20,165 nucleotides of DNA from Candidatus Iainarchaeum sp. (GTDB lineage Archaea > Iainarchaeota > Iainarchaeia > JAGGVJ01). Below, in pieces: positions 15,747 to 20,165 of the stretch. The notes under the pieces were generated by a model. The model did no database searches. It saw only the letters and a list, made by a program, of their open reading frames with translations, and had not been told where the DNA came from. The stretch is from positions 1-20,165 of the forward strand of contig JAGGVJ010000020.1 of NCBI GenBank assembly GCA_021158055.1, given 5' to 3'. The position numbers and the translations under genes were made by a program. The first letter of the stretch is position 1. Each line of letters begins with the position of its first letter.

Positions 15747-18700
15747 CTATTTCTTCTTTGAATGCTTGTGGACAATGGGTTTGTGCGGGTTTGATTTTTT
15801 GTGCTTTTCCTCTTTTCTCTTGAGCTTATTGTAGTTGTAATCAAACATCAGGTCATTCCAGAAGTCACGAACGAGTTTTCTTTTCACATATGCAACCAGT
15901 AAAACTACAATCAACAAAAGGCCACCCATTAAAATCAGGCCTGTCTGCAGTTGGTCTGCCGGCGGAACAATTTCTTCCGGTTCCTTGTCTTCCGAACCGG
16001 TTTCTTCATCATCGTCCGGAGGCAGGATTTCAGAGTCATCAACGTCAATGACTATCGTGCATTCATTGTTCTGGCAGACCTGGTTTTGCCAGTCGCAATC
16101 GCAGTCAGTGCAGCAGTTTGCAGAATTTTCCGTGTCCTGGCAAACCCCGTCGCCGCACACTGCCTGTTGCTCCGGCTCTTCTTCAGGCATCCCTTCAAAC
16201 TCAATCGCGGGGTCAGTGAACAGCCCTGAAGCTGTTTCAACCTGAAGGATCTCATAGCCGACTTCAACTTCCTGTCCCGGCAAGAGCGAGTCGATTATCC
16301 ATTCAATCACAGGGTCTTCCTCAATCACAATGTAGTTTCCGTTGAAAATAGCTTTCGGAATGTCTTTCCTGGTCTTCCTGTCAAAAACAGTCTCGTTTAC
16401 ATTGCTTAAAACTGATTTTGGAATCGTTTCCCTTACGCGCACATTTCTCATTGTTTCCCCGGTCGGGTTCCTGACCCTCAAGGTAATGGTTGATTTCGGG
16501 TAGTCGTAAAGATCTGTCCTCAGCCCGGTCGTTTCCTCTTCATACCTTTTCTGGTGTTTTATCTCACGGGTTATGACTGGCATTTGTTTTTCAGCTTTTG
16601 ATTCCGAAACAACCAGCGTCATTGTTCTTAAATCCGCGGGATCATCGCGGAACGTGACAACAGCGGTTATTTTGTAAGAGCCTGTGTCAAGCTCTTTTAA
16701 GGCAGTTGCATATACCGTCATGTCCACCGGTTCGTAAATCAAGAACTTTTCAGGGATTGTCGGGTTTGTGAATGAAAAACAATCACTGCAATCCGACTCA
16801 AATTCAATTTTCACATCTTCCCCGTAAATCAAGAACCCGGAAACGTTTGCCAGGCCAAGCTCAAGTTTTGTTCTTTCTCCTTTCTCCCCGTTAATGTGAG
16901 TTAAAATCGGGTAATTGAGAATTTCAATGCAACTGACGCCCTCTGTAGTTGAACCGCCTGAAGTCCCCCCGCCGCCAGTGCCTCCGCCAAGGCGTGTAAC
17001 GGTGATTGTATCAGACTGCACGCTTTCGTTTCCTGCAAGGTCAACTGCCGTGACAAAAATTGCGTTGTCGCCCGCTGCAAGCCCGACTGAAGACGCCGAA
17101 TAGCTTCCGGAAGTCGCTGTGACTGATTTTGAAAGCGATCCCTTGACATACACATTGACTGTGGCATCTGACTCTGCGCCTCCCGCAACAGTTGTTGTTG
17201 AAGTCACCAGCATTTCGTTGTCTGCAGGGGAAGTTATTGTCGGCTTTGCCGGCGGTGTCGTGTCTGTGTACGCTCCTCCTGCCAGAGACAGGTCCGTAAC
17301 CGGATTGCCTGCCAGATCGCTTGCAGTAACCGTCACGTCTTCTGCAACAGTTCCGACTGCTGCCACGTCAACTGCAATTGTCCTTGTGAACATGTAGACA
17401 TTTCCTGAAACAAGTGTCATTGTTTGTGAAGACACATCGTTTGCAGTGCCTTCCGCCTCCACAGAGTAAGTGGGTGCTGCCTGAAGGGCCTCGTTTGCTT
17501 CAACTTTTACATAATACGTGCCTGCTTTCAGGTGAACCGGCGGTGACGGCGCAATCAAAAGACCTGCGTCAAGGTAATAAGTCATCGTAAACGTCGGCGG
17601 CACTGAATCTGTTACCTGTGTGAAATTAAAATCAGCCGTTGGAACGCTTGAGTTTCCCGCGGCGTCTGTCGCAGTCAAAGTCACTGCTTTGGGAGTTGAA
17701 TAGTCAGTCGCTGAAACAATTCCCGCAGTTTCAAGGTTTGCGTTTGAAAAGTTAAAATCACCGCTTCCGTCAGCTGAAATGCTTACATTTGAATCGGCAC
17801 CGTCAACGAAAAGCTTCACTGTTGAATTTGGCTCTGCTGTCCCGCTCAAAGTCACAGTCGGCTTGGTCACCTGGGTTATCTCATACGGGTTTGTTGCCGG
17901 AACACTAATGACCGGAACTGCCGGAGTGTTTGCGTCAATCGTCTTGTTGACATCTGTCCCGTTTACTGCCGCACTTATGTTTCCTGCAGGATCAGTCAAG
18001 GTAACATTAACCAACTGCAACGGAGCCAACTGATCAGCCTGGCCCTCAACAACAGCATAAGTCGCAGTATAAGTCACACCGCCGTCACCGGTACTCCAAG
18101 CCAAAGCCCCGCCATTGTAACTGGCAGGAAGAACAGTCAAACCGGTTTCAGCAACAAGCGGGGAAACCGTAAACGTAATTGACTCACCGACCTTCAACAC
18201 ACCGGCACCAGTCGCGTCAGAAGTAACCAAGGAAACAGTAGGCGAATTCGCATCAACAGCCAGAGTATTGGCATCAACTGAAGTAAACACTGGATTCAAA
18301 TTTCCCGCAACATCGCTCAAAACAACACTCGCAGTCATTGCACCGGACAAGACATCTGAATCGCCTTCCGAAACAACATAATCAACCGAATACACTCCCC
18401 CGCCCAAATCCTGGAAATTAGAGGAAGCCACATCAACACCATTCACAACAACCGCATCCGCAGAATAACCTGCCTCATCAGCAGTAATTGTCAGTACAAC
18501 AGTATCACTCACTCTTGCAGTCCCGGAACCCGGAGAAACCGCAAGAGCACTCACGACAGGCGAATTCGCGTCAATCGTTTTATTTACATCTGTTCCGTCT
18601 TTTGAAGTGCTTATATTGCCTGCAGGATCAGTCAAAGTAACATTTGTTAACTGCAAAGGAGTTGACTGATCAGCCTGGCCCTCAACAACAATATAAGTCG

Positions 18701-20165
18701 CGGTATAATCCGAACCATCAACAGTCGACCAACTCAAAGCCCCACCATTGTAAACGGCCGGAAGAACAGTCAAACCAGTTTCAGTAACTGTTGGAGTGAC
18801 TGTGAAAACAATCTCATTATCAACCTTCAGTACACCTGAAGCAGTTGCATCTGAAACAACCGAAACGATTGCCGGTGTATTCGCATCAATTGTCTTATTG
18901 ACATCACTCCCATCTGCTGGGGTGCTTGTGTTTCCCGCGGCGTCAGTAATCGTAACACCTGTTATCTGAAGAGGGCTTGTTTGGTCGTTTTCGCCTTCAT
19001 TTATTGTGTAAGTTCCGGTATAAGTCACACCGCTATTATCAGTGCTCCAGCTCAAAACCTCGCTGTTATACGAACCTGAAACACTTGCGCCTAATTCAGT
19101 GGTGCTTGGGGTTAAAGTAAAAGTAATTGAATTCGCGACCTTCAACACACCAGAAGCAGTTGCATCTGAAGTTATTGAAGTTATTGTCGGGGCAATCGTA
19201 TCCTGAACATAATTATATGCTGTTGAAACAACTGACTCGTTTCCTGCCGCGTCTGTTGCAGTCAAAGTCACTGCTTTCGGGGTTGAATAATCTGTCCCTG
19301 AAACAATTCCGGCTGTGGTTAAATTTTCGTTTGAAAAAGAATAACTTCCACTTGTTGCAGTGGTACTCAACCCACTGTCAACCGAATCAACATAAAGCTT
19401 CACTGTTGAATCTGCTTCCGCACTTCCAGCAATTACCTGCGCTGACTTGTTTGCAATGTTAATTACAACAGTTGTTGTGCCTGGGCTTACCACCACAGGT
19501 GCATTTGGCGCAACAGTGTCAATTACAAACGAACCGGTTGTATCAACATCCATTGTGTTTCCAGCTTTGTCTGTTGAACCGCCCACTGACAAAGTAGCTG
19601 TTCCATTGTTATGGCCTGGAAGAACCGTTGCTGTCCCAGTCCATTGATTTGCAGCATAAGTGCTTTTTGTGACTGTTACTGCTGCTCCGCCTGACGGCGT
19701 AAATTCAACTGTCGGGCTTAAAGTGTAATCCAGACCGCTTCCGGTTTCAGTGTACTTGACTGTTACATTGATTGTTCCTGCTTTTGCAGGATCAGGGGTG
19801 ATCTCTGTGCTTGCGACAACCGGTTTTGTCACGTCATACTGAATGTTATCTGCACTGTAACTTGTTGTTATTTTGCCTGACGCATCCTGGCATTCAAGCT
19901 TGATGCAATAATAGTTCCCGTCTGTTCCCGTGAAGGAAATTCCGCTTGAAGTGTTCCAAGGGGTTGAAATAGTATAAGAGAGAGTGCCGTCACAAGTTGC
20001 TATTGGAGACGCGCTTCCATCTGAATACGAAACCTGATAAGGGGTTGTTGCGTGCATTCCGTAATTAACTGTTCCCGCGGTGTCTGTGCAGGTTCCCGCT
20101 GACGCAATATCAACAGTTGTTGCTGTGTTGTCGTAAGAAAGAGTCGAGGGGTTGACTCCTGTTGC
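15747..20165 (-). CDS. Giant membrane-anchored surface protein with tandem bacterial-Ig-like repeats; 5' end outside the window
   Basis: The frame stays open for 36 more codons upstream of the track's ATG 20057 to the window edge. Many DxAGN-ending Ig-like modules, a Gly-rich linker, a CGDGVC...NCCTDC Cys-rich motif, an acidic linker, a TM helix and a basic tail. Confidence 0.9.
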   Translation of the reverse strand, partial: ATGVNPSTLSYDNTATTVDIASAGTCTDTAGTVNYGMHATTPYQVSYSDGSASPIATCDGTLSYTISTPWNTSSGISFTGTDGNYYCIKLECQDASGKITTSYSADNIQYDVTKPVVASTEITPDPAKAGTINVTVKYTETGSGLDYTLSPTVEFTPSGGAAVTVTKSTYAANQWTGTATVLPGHNNGTATLSVGGSTDKAGNTMDVDTTGSFVIDTVAPNAPVVVSPGTTTVVINIANKSAQVIAGSAEADSTVKLYVDSVDSGLSTTATSGSYSFSNENLTTAGIVSGTDYSTPKAVTLTATDAAGNESVVSTAYNYVQDTIAPTITSITSDATASGVLKVANSITFTLTPSTTELGASVSGSYNSEVLSWSTDNSGVTYTGTYTINEGENDQTSPLQITGVTITDAAGNTSTPADGSDVNKTIDANTPAIVSVVSDATASGVLKVDNEIVFTVTPTVTETGLTVLPAVYNGGALSWSTVDGSDYTATYIVVEGQADQSTPLQLTNVTLTDPAGNISTSKDGTDVNKTIDANSPVVSALAVSPGSGTARVSDTVVLTITADEAGYSADAVVVNGVDVASSNFQDLGGGVYSVDYVVSEGDSDVLSGAMTASVVLSDVAGNLNPVFTSVDANTLAVDANSPTVSLVTSDATGAGVLKVGESITFTVSPLVAETGLTVLPASYNGGALAWSTGDGGVTYTATYAVVEGQADQLAPLQLVNVTLTDPAGNISAAVNGTDVNKTIDANTPAVPVISVPATNPYEITQVTKPTVTLSGTAEPNSTVKLFVDGADSNVSISADGSGDFNFSNANLETAGIVSATDYSTPKAVTLTATDAAGNSSVPTADFNFTQVTDSVPPTFTMTYYLDAGLLIAPSPPVHLKAGTYYVKVEANEALQAAPTYSVEAEGTANDVSSQTMTLVSGNVYMFTRTIAVDVAAVGTVAEDVTVTASDLAGNPVTDLSLAGGAYTDTTPPAKPTITSPADNEMLVTSTTTVAGGAESDATVNVYVKGSLSKSVTATSGSYSASSVGLAAGDNAIFVTAVDLAGNESVQSDTITVTRLGGGTGGGGTSGGSTTEGVSCIEILNYPILTHINGEKGERTKLELGLANVSGFLIYGEDVKIEFESDCSDCFSFTNPTIPEKFLIYEPVDMTVYATALKELDTGSYKITAVVTFRDDPADLRTMTLVVSESKAEKQMPVITREIKHQKRYEEETTGLRTDLYDYPKSTITLRVRNPTGETMRNVRVRETIPKSVLSNVNETVFDRKTRKDIPKAIFNGNYIVIEEDPVIEWIIDSLLPGQEVEVGYEILQVETASGLFTDPAIEFEGMPEEEPEQQAVCGDGVCQDTENSANCCTDCDCDWQNQVCQNNECTIVIDVDDSEILPPDDDEETGSEDKEPEEIVPPADQLQTGLILMGGLLLIVVLLVAYVKRKLVRDFWNDLMFDYNYNKLKRKEEKHKKSNPHKPIVHKHSKKK

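Noticed and set aside
15546-15749. Genome-wide TAG recoding or an extension of the giant protein past its TAG
   Set aside because: The protein ends in a natural basic tail and is followed by a terminator hairpin; ATPase gene 1 also ends at a family-typical length at TAG.
1-20165. Diversity-generating retroelement, transposase, tRNA or rRNA genes
   Set aside because: I saw no reverse transcriptase or transposase motifs, no adenine-specific TR/VR pair (the porA copy differs by a single C/T), and no cloverleaf or rRNA signatures by eye.

Overview
Chromosomal window from an archaeon, probably a DPANN lineage. This is inferred from GGTG-type ribosome-binding sites, TATA boxes about 30 nt before leaderless ATGs, an archaeal RecJ/Cdc45-type DHH protein, archaeal DtdA and DPANN-style surface proteins. 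Left to right it contains: a truncated DUF2341/LamG surface-protein gene missing from the ORF track; a RecJ-like DHH nuclease; a prenyltransferase-repeat/PKD surface protein; dtdA; several hypothetical proteins; a complete four-subunit pyruvate/2-oxoacid:ferredoxin oxidoreductase operon (gamma-delta-alpha-beta); an AT-rich accessory island; and the 3' part of a giant Ig-repeat surface protein. The island (about 12170-15580) is the most interesting part. It holds two convergent COG1373-type (AAA_14 + DUF4143) ATPase genes with homologous promoters: TATA, a shared TCACATCAAC decamer, and paralogue-specific near-palindromic boxes repeated every 33 bp. Between the two genes lie a third, gene-less copy of this promoter type, a 35-nt near-exact piece of porA fused to a diverged porB 3' end, and three adjacent hairpins. 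All product calls come from motif recognition by eye; no database searches were run.
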